A DNA stretch of 60,620 bases, counting the filler. It is 4 parts of 4 records of this genome, joined end to end, with 100 filler letters (N's around TTAATTAATTAA, not from the genome) between each part and the next. Parts side by side here need not be neighbours in the genome. Positions count along the whole stretch, not along the records: positions 1 to 19,375 come from SRR31156797_13240; positions 19,476 to 35,243 come from SRR31156797_13266; 2 more parts are not named here. One strand, 5' to 3'. Position numbers and translations under genes: made by a program. The notes under the pieces are model-generated. The model saw only the letters and a program-made list of their open reading frames with translations, ran no database searches and was not told the origin of the DNA. The first letter of the stretch is position 1, and each line of letters begins with the position of its first letter. Positions 13,174 through 21,555 of the stretch are shown piece by piece.

Positions 13174-14619
13174 ATGCTCAATTTACGCCCCATCCTATTT
13201 GTAATAGGGCTAGTACTTTCCAAGCTAGCCCTATTCATGTACGTACCAACAATCGTTGCCTTTGTGACTGGTACGGGTGGCTTTCTCGACTTTGCACAGG
13301 CCGTGATTATTACCCATATTGCGGCTTTCATATGCCTTACGTTAGGGCGAACATCGAATTTTCGTCTTAACGTGAGGGATATGTTCCTCATCACCAGCTT
13401 GGTATGGACCATCGCCAGTGCGTTTGCCGCGTTGCCGTTTGTGTTCATCAACCACATCAGTTTCACCGACGCCTATTTTGAAACCATGTCAGGCCTGACA
13501 ACAACGGGCTCAACCGTGCTTAGTGGGTTGGATACCATGGCACCAAGCATCCTGCTTTGGCGTTCAATCTTACAGTGGTTAGGCGGGGTCGGGTTTATTG
13601 TAATGGCGGTAGCCGTTCTACCCATGCTTAACGTGGGTGGTATGAAGTTGTTCCAAACGGAATCTTCCGATTGGTCAGATAAAAGCAGCCCACGAGCGAA
13701 AACGGTGGCGAAAAACATCGTTATTGTCTATCTGGTTTTAACTCTGCTGTGCATCATAGGCTACATGCTGACAGGAATGGGGCTATTTGATGCGATAAAT
13801 CATGCATTTACCACGCTATCAACAGGGGGTTACTCCACTTCCGATAGTTCAATGAACAAATTCTCTAATGGCGCGCATTGGGTAGCAACACTATTCATGT
13901 TCTTAGGCGGATTACCGTTCTTGCTGTTTGTGGCGACGATAAGAAAGCGCAGCCCAAAAGTGTTGCTCAAAGATGCTCAGGTACAGGGCTTCTTTATCCT
14001 CTTCATTGCAGCAAGCTTAGTCATCGCTATCTGGTTAAACATCCATAACAGTTATCCGATTATGGATGCACTGCGCGTTTCAATGTTCAATATCGTATCT
14101 GTAGTCACGACAACGGGTTACGGATTGGATGACTTTACGGCTTGGGGAGCACTGCCAACCACACTGTTTGGCTTTATAATGATGGTCGGTGCCTGTTCAG
14201 GTTCAACCGCTGGTGGGATTAAAATCTTCCGTTTCCAGATCTGTTTTGCCCTGCTAAAAAACCAAATGATGCGCCTAATCCACCCTCAAGGGGTATTTGT
14301 CCAACGCTATAACCAACGCCCAGTAAACGAAGATATCGTCCGTTCAGTGGTCGCCTTTGGCCTCACATTTGCTATCACCATCATATTGATAGCAGGCTGT
14401 CTTGCGGCTATGGGACTTGATCCGGTGACGAGTATTTCAGGCTCAATCACTGCTGTTGCAAACGTAGGTCCGGGCATGGGCAACGTGATTGGTCCAACCG
14501 GTAATTTTGCCCCATTACCAGATGCTGCGAAATGGGTACTGAGTTTTGGCATGCTTATGGGACGACTAGAGATTTTGACGATTCTGGTGCTCTTTTTCCC
14601 CGCCTTCTGGAGACGCTAA
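13174..14619 (+). CDS. trkH: Trk potassium uptake membrane subunit
   Basis: Four pore loops (TTTGST, STGGYS, TTTGYG, NVGPG) and GRLE near the C-terminus. Confidence 0.95.
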   Translation: MLNLRPILFVIGLVLSKLALFMYVPTIVAFVTGTGGFLDFAQAVIITHIAAFICLTLGRTSNFRLNVRDMFLITSLVWTIASAFAALPFVFINHISFTDAYFETMSGLTTTGSTVLSGLDTMAPSILLWRSILQWLGGVGFIVMAVAVLPMLNVGGMKLFQTESSDWSDKSSPRAKTVAKNIVIVYLVLTLLCIIGYMLTGMGLFDAINHAFTTLSTGGYSTSDSSMNKFSNGAHWVATLFMFLGGLPFLLFVATIRKRSPKVLLKDAQVQGFFILFIAASLVIAIWLNIHNSYPIMDALRVSMFNIVSVVTTTGYGLDDFTAWGALPTTLFGFIMMVGACSGSTAGGIKIFRFQICFALLKNQMMRLIHPQGVFVQRYNQRPVNEDIVRSVVAFGLTFAITIILIAGCLAAMGLDPVTSISGSITAVANVGPGMGNVIGPTGNFAPLPDAAKWVLSFGMLMGRLEILTILVLFFPAFWRR

Positions 14620-14621
14620 CC

Positions 14622-15176
14622 ATGAAAATATTTCGCCTTATGCTGCTAACGGCTTTATCAGTATTAACAACAAATGTACTCGCCAGTGAGATAGTTCAAC
14701 TGGAAGATGGGCGAAGCATTCAGTTAAATGACGACTTTACTTGGCAATATGTAGAGTCGGCTAATTCGAAAGCAGGCGAGAAAGTTCCTGTCATCGCAGC
14801 TCCAATCGTCACAGCAAAAGCAGGGACAACACTGATCATTGGTAGCAACAAACCCAGCTTAAAACTTTCCGACTCCGGTGTGGAGATGGTTTTAGGCTCA
14901 GCTCAGTACGCAGATGGCAAAGTCATTATACCAACAGCGATTACCAACCAAAGCTCTCAACCCGTCATTAGCATTGTACTTAATATAGAATTGCTGGATG
15001 AAAATGGACACAGTCTCGCTACACAGAGCAGTACGATTTGGCAGTCAATTAAACGTATGGCAGAAACTTACTTACGCCCGAAAACAGCAGCAGAAGGTAA
15101 GGCTATTGAAATCGAAGCGCCTGAAGCAGACCGCTATCAAATTCTGGTGACGCTTGAAAATCTGGAAACGCGTTAA
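14622..15176 (+). CDS. exported DUF3157-like protein
   Basis: Signal peptide followed by VQLEDGRSIQLNDDFTWQYV. Confidence 0.7.
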   Translation: MKIFRLMLLTALSVLTTNVLASEIVQLEDGRSIQLNDDFTWQYVESANSKAGEKVPVIAAPIVTAKAGTTLIIGSNKPSLKLSDSGVEMVLGSAQYADGKVIIPTAITNQSSQPVISIVLNIELLDENGHSLATQSSTIWQSIKRMAETYLRPKTAAEGKAIEIEAPEADRYQILVTLENLETR

Positions 15177-15179
15177 TCC

Positions 15180-15824
15180 CTAAATTGGCTGCACATACAG
15201 ATAAATAGCCAGAAAGTGGCAGGCGCATCCAGCTAAAACAAACCCATGCCAAATAGCATGATTATACGGAATGCGTTTCGCCACATAGAAAATAGTCCCT
15301 AGCGAATACACCACACCACCAGCAGCAAGCAAGGTTAACCCACCAACATCCAAATTCAGGGCTAATTGATAGATCACTATCAGAGACAACCACCCCATTG
15401 CCAGATATGAGATAAGAGAAAAGCGTTTGAAACGATAAACAAAGGCTAATTTCATAATGATGCCCAGTAAAGCTATCGACCAAATCACAGCCATAAGTCC
15501 AAATGCCAATGGCGTGCGTAAGCCAACCAATAAGAAAGGTGTGTAACTTCCGGCGATGAGGAGATAGATCGCACAGTGGTCAAAGGTTTTTAACCAGCGT
15601 TTGGCTCTCTGATGAGGGATCGCATGATAAAGAGTAGAAGCAAGAAACAGAGCAATCATACTGCCACCATAAACACTCATACTGACAATAGTCAGGCTAT
15701 CAGCACTATGATCGACAGCTTTGATAAGCAGTAACACCAAACCTACAATACCAAGAACTAAGCCAATACCATGGCTAATGGCATTCGCCATTTCTTCCTT
15801 AAAACTGTACTCACTAGCTGACAT
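15180..15824 (-). CDS. hemolysin III / PAQR family membrane protein (YqfA/TrhA-like)
   Basis: [30 protein letters not shown] and HAIWH motifs. Confidence 0.92.
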   Translation of the reverse strand: MSASEYSFKEEMANAISHGIGLVLGIVGLVLLLIKAVDHSADSLTIVSMSVYGGSMIALFLASTLYHAIPHQRAKRWLKTFDHCAIYLLIAGSYTPFLLVGLRTPLAFGLMAVIWSIALLGIIMKLAFVYRFKRFSLISYLAMGWLSLIVIYQLALNLDVGGLTLLAAGGVVYSLGTIFYVAKRIPYNHAIWHGFVLAGCACHFLAIYLYVQPI

Positions 15825-15917
15825 ACTCAACCTATCATAATGATCAACGATGGCGACTAGTATGACACAATTGAGCGTACAGTTGTAAGCTCAATTTGTT
15901 AATTTTAAGTTAAGGCA

Positions 15918-16709
15918 TTAAGAGTGAGAATCGAGATACTGTAATATCTTTTGTCCAGCCGCTTGTGGCGACTCATCACTTTCAATGGTCATATGACGCT
16001 TTAGCTCACTTAAACCAAGAAAGCTCGACAGCATACCACTGACTCCACGCTGATGACGGTCAATATCAAACCACATTTGTAACGATGCCTCGTCACGATA
16101 GGCGATAATTTCGAGTTCACGCCAACGACCATGAAAAGGGCCAGTGGTTGGCACAAACTCAAACTCCTGAACGAAAGGCAACTTAAAACCCTTAGCCGCT
16201 TCGCATTCAACTTGACGTAAACGCAGCCCCTGCTCTTCTAGCTCAGAGAAAATACCATCCATTAATGGATCCGGACGTACGGTCAGAATATCTTTATCGG
16301 TTGGGTCAAGTGCCATAGCGATATCAAGCCCAGTTTCAAGCCAAACTTTGGCATCACCAATGGTGATAGGCGTATTCCACGGCACATCAAGTTCGACATC
16401 AAAGTCACGAGTCTCACCGGGTTGAATAGTAAATGCATAAGGTAGTGACCAATCTGCTAAAACGTAAGTCCGGGGCTCTTTACGTTTGCGATGGCTATCA
16501 GGCTTATCTCTATTTTCAGCCACTTCTTCGATGTAACGACAACACAGCTTCAGTTCTATGTTATCAATATTCTGAGCACTCGAGCCGCCATAAACATGAA
16601 TCGTAAACTTGACTGGCTGACCAGGGTACAGCACTTCTTGCTGGAGAACTGAATCCACTTTTGCAGAGCCAATCCCGAAGCTGGCGAGGGTTTTCTTGAG
16701 AAATGACAT
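15918..16709 (-). CDS. Spo0M family protein
   Basis: LASFGIGSAKVD, VWLETGLDI..ALDPTDKD and PFVQEFEFVP; GGAGG RBS before ATG 16709. Confidence 0.85.
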   Translation of the reverse strand: MSFLKKTLASFGIGSAKVDSVLQQEVLYPGQPVKFTIHVYGGSSAQNIDNIELKLCCRYIEEVAENRDKPDSHRKRKEPRTYVLADWSLPYAFTIQPGETRDFDVELDVPWNTPITIGDAKVWLETGLDIAMALDPTDKDILTVRPDPLMDGIFSELEEQGLRLRQVECEAAKGFKLPFVQEFEFVPTTGPFHGRWRELEIIAYRDEASLQMWFDIDRHQRGVSGMLSSFLGLSELKRHMTIESDESPQAAGQKILQYLDSHS

Positions 16710-16829
16710 AGACACCTCCATTGATGAGTCACCAGTGTAAAGCGGAATGAATTCAAAACTCAATAGCTATACTTGGGTATACAATCACACAACAGGTTGA
16801 TTTTTTTTATAACATTCATTGGTTAACTA

Positions 16830-16858
16830 TCGACCATTTGCAAACTAGATGCTAATCT
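16830..16858 (+). promoter_or_regulatory. putative extended -10 (RpoS-like) promoter
   Basis: TCGACC-17 bp-TAATCT, with TG at -15/-14 and C at -13. Confidence 0.45.
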
Positions 16859-16864
16859 AACTTT

Positions 16865-17041
16865 GATATGAATTAGTATCGTTACTCCTAGACAATTAAG
16901 TGGATTGGCGATTGCCAGAAGGAGCCATCCTTCATACACCTCGGTGCCCCTGAAGAGCAGCTCATAGTTGCCTAGGTCCATTACATCGGCAATGGATATG
17001 CCTGACTGTTAGGTAAATGAATGCGCCCAACAACTGTCAGG
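16865..17041 (+). ncRNA. putative structured cis-regulatory leader RNA (family not recognised)
   Basis: Closing helix 16887-16896/16967-16976 encloses four small hairpins; then a TCCATT/AATGGA hairpin and a CCTGAC/GTCAGG hairpin over the RBS and start. Confidence 0.5.
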
Positions 17042-17188
17042 TTTTCGCACACGAACCGTAGTGCTATGCGTCGTCGCACAGGCTTTGCTGCTGCTCCGGT
17101 TGCGAAAAAACTTGCTCCTGCAAAAACTCTTGTTGAGACAAATGCACTAACTGCATCGCCCGAGACAAAAGTCAGCCAGGCTGCTTAA
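17021..17188 (+). CDS. unannotated 55-aa basic Ala/Arg/Thr-rich small protein
   Basis: MRPTTVRFSHTNRSAMRRRTGFAAAPVAKKLAPAKTLVETNALTASPETKVSQAA; AGGT RBS 6 nt upstream; stop directly followed by a terminator; below the ORF track's length cut-off. Confidence 0.65.
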   Translation: MRPTTVRFSHTNRSAMRRRTGFAAAPVAKKLAPAKTLVETNALTASPETKVSQAA

Positions 17189-17191
17189 TAG

Positions 17192-17224
17192 AAAAGCGTA
17201 GTGAAAACTACGCTTTTTTCTTTT
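17192..17224 (+). terminator. intrinsic terminator after the small ORF
   Basis: AAAAGCGTAGT-GAAA-ACTACGCTTTT followed by T runs. Confidence 0.85.
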
Positions 17225-17293
17225 CTACTCTTTCCTACATTTGATACCTTTAGCTTACTAAAATAAAACCATTGTAAAGTTGTGGAGAAAGCT

Positions 17294-17569
17294 ATGACTA
17301 TGAAGTGTCACCGTATTGAAGAATTGCTGGAACTGCTCGAGCCAGAATGGCAAAAAGATTCAGACTGTAATTTACTGCAGTTCATCGTGAAATTAGCGGC
17401 TGAAGCCGGATACAAAGGTGATTTGGCAGAACTGACCGATGATGTTCTTATCTATCACCTAAAAATGCGTAATAGCAGCAAAGATGAAGTTATCCCTGGA
17501 ATCAAAAAAGATTACGAAGACGATTTCAAAACCGCACTATTGCGTGCTCGTGGCGTGATTAAAGATTAA
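17294..17569 (+). CDS. yihD: YihD / DUF1040 family protein
   Basis: [26 protein letters not shown] and [11 protein letters not shown]. Confidence 0.92.
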   Translation: MTMKCHRIEELLELLEPEWQKDSDCNLLQFIVKLAAEAGYKGDLAELTDDVLIYHLKMRNSSKDEVIPGIKKDYEDDFKTALLRARGVIKD

Positions 17570-17584
17570 ACCGCAAACGCATTT

Positions 17585-17613
17585 AAAAGAGCGACTTTTC
17601 AGTCGCTCTTTTT
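17585..17613 (+). terminator. intrinsic terminator after yihD
   Basis: AAAAGAGCGACT-TTTC-AGTCGCTCTTTT. Confidence 0.8.
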
Positions 17614-17803
17614 GCTGTAATGTGCATGTAAAAAATAATTTGTTGTTAAAGATTGATTGCCTTAAAGAAATGAAAATGTTGTTGACGTTATAATCGCCAA
17701 CCTAAAACTAATAATCATCCTTCTTTGCCGGTCATGGAAGGGGAAGCAATGTCGAAGAGTACAGTCACAAGAAACTGTACCAACAAGCCCAAAGGAATAG
17801 TTA

Positions 17804-19228
17804 ATGAGTCAGGATAAGATAGACATCAAAGATGTGACTCCAAAAGTTTTTAACCCCAAAACCCATAAAGGGCAAGGTGGAGACAGATTCAATCCGAGCA
17901 AGGGTATCTATGTTCGTGAGAGCAAAGGTACCTACCAAAAACTGCGCCGCTATGGTGGTTGGTTCCTGCTACTCCTCTTCGGTTTAGTTCCTTGGATCTC
18001 TTTCGGTGACCGCCAAGCGATCCTATTAGATATTGGAAACCAACAATTCAACTTTTTTGGCACCACACTTTATCCGCAAGATTTAACATTGCTTGCACTC
18101 CTGTTTATGATTGCCGCTTTTGGATTGTTCTTCCTCACCACCTTTTTAGGTCGAGTATGGTGTGGCTACCTCTGTCCTCAGACCGTATGGACCTTCATGT
18201 ACATCTGGTTTGAAGAAAAACTGGAAGGCAGTGCCAACAAACGTCGCAAACAAGACTCCGGCAAAATGACCGCTAAGCTAGCGATACGTAAAACCTTAAA
18301 GCACCTTGCTTGGTTTGCTATTGCGTTAATCACCGGTTTTACCTTTGTCGGCTATTTCGTTCCTGTTCGTGACTTAGTGATCGACTTTTTCACTCTAGAT
18401 GCGACATTCTGGCCAGTTTTCTGGGTCATGTTCTTTGCTATTTGTACCTACGGTAACGCCGGATGGATGCGTTCAATCATGTGTATACACATGTGTCCTT
18501 ATGCGCGCTTCCAGTCAGCCATGTTCGATAAAGATACCTTTATTGTTGGTTACGACACCCAACGTGGTGAACAGCGTGGTCCTCGCTCGCGTAAAGCGGA
18601 TCCAAAAGAGCTGGGGTTAGGTGACTGTATTGATTGTGACTTGTGTGTTCAGGTGTGCCCAACCGGTATCGATATCCGTGATGGTCTGCAATATGAATGT
18701 ATCAACTGCGGCGCTTGTATCGATGCTTGTGATACCACCATGGAGCGTATGGGTTACCAAAAAGGGCTCATAAATTACACCACAGAACATCGCTTGTCGG
18801 GCAAACACACCAAAGTTATGCGACCAAAACTCCTTGGCTATGGTGCCGTATTACTGATCATGTGTGGCTTATTCGTGGCTCAAGTCGCTGCGGTTGACCC
18901 AGCAGGTCTGAGTGTAATTCGTGACCGTAATCAGCTATTTAGAACCAATAGTACTGGCGAGGTAGAGAATACCTATACCCTGAAAGTCATTAACAAAACT
19001 CAGCAAACTCAAGAGTACGTGCTGAATGTCTCTGGACTGAGTGACGTATCTTGGTATGGCAAGCAAACTATCCAAGTAGAGCCCGGTGAAGTACTCAACT
19101 TACCGATGAGCTTAGGTGTAAAACCCGATAGCTTAAGTTCTCCTGTTGCGACAATTCAGTTTATACTCAGCGACGAAACAAACCAATTCACGATAGAAGT
19201 TGAAAGCCGGTTTATCAAAAAGCTTTAA
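17804..19228 (+). CDS. ccoG: cytochrome c oxidase accessory protein CcoG/FixG
   Basis: GRVWCGYLCPQT, CPYARFQ, CIDCDLCVQVCPTGIDIR and CINCGACIDAC motifs. Confidence 0.93.
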   Translation: MSQDKIDIKDVTPKVFNPKTHKGQGGDRFNPSKGIYVRESKGTYQKLRRYGGWFLLLLFGLVPWISFGDRQAILLDIGNQQFNFFGTTLYPQDLTLLALLFMIAAFGLFFLTTFLGRVWCGYLCPQTVWTFMYIWFEEKLEGSANKRRKQDSGKMTAKLAIRKTLKHLAWFAIALITGFTFVGYFVPVRDLVIDFFTLDATFWPVFWVMFFAICTYGNAGWMRSIMCIHMCPYARFQSAMFDKDTFIVGYDTQRGEQRGPRSRKADPKELGLGDCIDCDLCVQVCPTGIDIRDGLQYECINCGACIDACDTTMERMGYQKGLINYTTEHRLSGKHTKVMRPKLLGYGAVLLIMCGLFVAQVAAVDPAGLSVIRDRNQLFRTNSTGEVENTYTLKVINKTQQTQEYVLNVSGLSDVSWYGKQTIQVEPGEVLNLPMSLGVKPDSLSSPVATIQFILSDETNQFTIEVESRFIKKL

Positions 19229-19246
19229 ACTTCATCATAAGAAAGG

Positions 19247-19273
19247 AAAAGGGCTCAGTAATGAGCCCTTTTT
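19247..19273 (+). terminator. intrinsic terminator after ccoG
   Basis: AAAAGGGCTCA-GTAA-TGAGCCCTTTTT. Confidence 0.75.
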
Positions 19274-19278
19274 AATCA

Positions 19279-19375
19279 ATGACTCAAGCAACCTTTCACT
19301 TTGACGCTTTAACACCAGACCTAATGTGGTATGCATTAGAAAGTATTGGGGTTAGAGCCGAATCCGGTTTCCTTG
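19279..19375 (+). CDS. srkA: Ser/Thr kinase SrkA/RdoA, N-terminal fragment (contig end)
   Basis: MTQATFHFDALTPDLMWYALESIGVRAESGFL resembles the YihE/RdoA N-terminus; near yihD. Confidence 0.8.
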
Positions 19376-19475
19376 NNNNNNNNNNNNNNNNNNNNNNNNN
19401 NNNNNNNNNNNNNNNNNNNTTAATTAATTAANNNNNNNNNNNNNNNNNNNNNNNNNNNNNNNNNNNNNNNNNNNN
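19376..19475. other. artificial contig linker
   Basis: 100 nt of N with TTAATTAATTAA (stops in all frames) at 19420-19431; base composition shifts across it. Confidence 0.98.
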
Positions 19476-19730
19476 GCGGCCCGGCCCTCCCTTCAAGGCC
19501 TTCAGGAGCAGTTCAAACTCCTCGCGGCAGTCGCCGCAGCGATCCAGATGTTCCTGCACCAGAGGGATCATCTCGGCGGCGGACTTCCCGCTCAGCATAT
19601 GTTCGCAGAACTCCTCCAGCTGATCGTAACAGCTCCCGCAGTCTATCTCCTCGGCCGCGGTTCCCTCCACCATGGCCTTCATCATCTTCAGCTGCGTCCA
19701 GCCGGGTTTCATGGGCCGTCCCGCTTTCAT
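19476..19730 (-). CDS. zinc-binding anti-sigma factor (ZAS), 3' truncated
   Basis: EIDCGSC and HLDRCGDC (HxxxCxxC); ATG overlaps the sigma stop (ATGA); GGAGG RBS. Confidence 0.8.
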
Positions 19731-20413
19731 CTTCGTACCTCCGCCCCTTTGACGCTGCGGGAATCCCAAATCATACCTGTAAAAACCATCATTGTGCCCG
19801 AAAGGATCTCCTTTCGGCTCATGCCCGTCTCCTCCAGGGCCTGCTTCAGTTTCTTCCGGGCGTCATGCAGCAGTTTGTAGAGGGCGTTGCGGTTCGTCCC
19901 CAGCCGCAGGGCCGCCTCTTCAAGGGGGATGCCGTAGAGGGCTACCATCTTCAGTGCCCGCTTCTGCTTCTCGCTCAGCCGCTCCTCAATCATGCGGTTG
20001 AGCATCTCCGCCGTAGAGCGCCTCATCATATTCATCTCAGGGCTAAGATAGAAGCGGCTCATTTTACGGGGATCGAAGAGAACCGAGTCCAGCAGCTGCT
20101 CATCCAGCGAGACGTCCTGCCAGCGCTTGCGGCGGAGTTCCGAGAGGGTGAGATTGACCGCCACCTTTACGGCCCAGGTCGTGAAACGGGCCTTGCCCGA
20201 GAAGCTGTCCCGCTCCCTGAGGATCCGGATCAGCGCGTCCTGACAGAGATCCTCCAGGGTTTCCCTGTCCATGCGGCGGGCTCTCAGAAAGGAACGCTCC
20301 AGGGCCCGCTGGAGGAGACGCCTCAGCCGCTCCAGAGCCTCCGCATTGCGGGGATGCTCCTCGTCCAGAAAGGCCAGCCACTCCCGATTGCTCCACTCAT
20401 TATTCTTTTCCAT
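19727..20413 (-). CDS. ECF RNA polymerase sigma factor
   Basis: Region 2 EDLCQDALIRIL...FTTWAVKVAVN; region 4 EEAALRLGTNRNALYKLLHDARKKLK. Confidence 0.92.
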   Translation of the reverse strand: MEKNNEWSNREWLAFLDEEHPRNAEALERLRRLLQRALERSFLRARRMDRETLEDLCQDALIRILRERDSFSGKARFTTWAVKVAVNLTLSELRRKRWQDVSLDEQLLDSVLFDPRKMSRFYLSPEMNMMRRSTAEMLNRMIEERLSEKQKRALKMVALYGIPLEEAALRLGTNRNALYKLLHDARKKLKQALEETGMSRKEILSGTMMVFTGMIWDSRSVKGAEVRR

Positions 20414-20496
20414 AACTATGATTATAGAACAGAATGCCCATAAGTTAAAAAAATCATTCGTAAGGCAATCGAGATTAAAGTAGTCTCATTAATGAT

Positions 20497-21501
20497 ATGG
20501 AAAAAATGATCAGCCTGAAAGATGTAAACAAAAGCTTCGCTTCCAACAGGATTCTAAAGGGTATCAACCTGGATATCCGCAAGGGAGAGTTCCTCTCCCT
20601 CATCGGCCCCTCGGGTGCCGGAAAGACAACCCTCCTGAGGATACTGGCGGGCCTGTGTGCGGCAGACGGGGGACTGCTCGAACCCTCTGACGAGCTGGCA
20701 GAGCACCCGCCGGTTCTGGTCTTTCAGGACTACCAGCTCTTCCCCTATCAGACGGTGAGGCAGAATATAGCCTTCGGACTGAAGGCCCGGAACATTCCGC
20801 GTCGGGACATAAGAAACAAGGTGGACAGCCTGGCCTCCTACTTCGGCCTTTCGGGCAGACTCAGGGCCTATCCGGGGGAGCTCTCGGGAGGGGAAAAGCA
20901 GAGGACGGCACTGGCCAGAGCCCTCATACTGGAACCGAGGCTCCTGTTGCTGGACGAGCCCTTTGCCAATCTGGATCAGAATCTGAAGGGAAGAACCGCG
21001 GCCTATCTCTCGCGCATCCAGAAGGAACTGGGGCTGACCGTCCTCTCGGTGACCCATGACCAGAGCGAAGCCCTGATGTACTCGGACCGGATAGGCATCC
21101 TTCTGGAGGGAGAGCTGAAGGAACTGGGGCCCGTCCACAAGGTCTACTACCACCCCGGGAGCCTGAAAAGCGCCCTCTTCATGGGGCCTGTGAATCCCAT
21201 ACCCGAAAGCCTGAAAAGCTATTTCGGACTCAGGGAGGAACAGAAGGTATACGCCCGGGCCGAGTCCATTGAGCTGGTCCCCGCGGCCCGGGGAAAGGGC
21301 ATCGTCGTCAGCCGCCTCTTTTCCGGTCAGTCGACGGTCTATGAACTGGACATAGAGGGCCATGAGTTCAGGGTGACCAGCACCGACGGCGGGTTGAATC
21401 CCGGAGAGAGGACCGATGCGAAGCTGAAGGATTACTTCCTCCTCCCGGAGGAGAAGGAATGGAAAGACATAAGGATACGCCAGGGGCCTTCGGGTCTGTG
21501 A
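20497..21501 (+). CDS. ABC transporter ATP-binding subunit (YnjD/PotA-like)
   Basis: GPSGAGKT, LSGGEKQR and LLLDEPF motifs. Confidence 0.9.
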   Translation: MEKMISLKDVNKSFASNRILKGINLDIRKGEFLSLIGPSGAGKTTLLRILAGLCAADGGLLEPSDELAEHPPVLVFQDYQLFPYQTVRQNIAFGLKARNIPRRDIRNKVDSLASYFGLSGRLRAYPGELSGGEKQRTALARALILEPRLLLLDEPFANLDQNLKGRTAAYLSRIQKELGLTVLSVTHDQSEALMYSDRIGILLEGELKELGPVHKVYYHPGSLKSALFMGPVNPIPESLKSYFGLREEQKVYARAESIELVPAARGKGIVVSRLFSGQSTVYELDIEGHEFRVTSTDGGLNPGERTDAKLKDYFLLPEEKEWKDIRIRQGPSGL

Positions 21502-21555
21502 CACAATAGATGGCCGGAGCCCCTGGGAGGCCCCGGTAGGATGAGGAGAAAAAAC

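Noticed and set aside
16865-17041. Leader as a CsrB-type RNA, glycine or fluoride riboswitch, or type I toxin mRNA
   Set aside because: Only three GGA motifs and none in hairpin loops. GAAGGAG and GGCGAT fragments lack the rest of the riboswitch consensus. The peptide has no hydrophobic helix.
17653-17666. FNR-like site upstream of ccoG (TTGAT-tgcc-TTAAA)
   Set aside because: The second half-site has two mismatches in AT-rich DNA, which is too weak to call.
19420-19431. TTAATTAATTAA repeated three times in the window
   Set aside because: Artificial six-frame stop spacer inside N runs, not a biological repeat.
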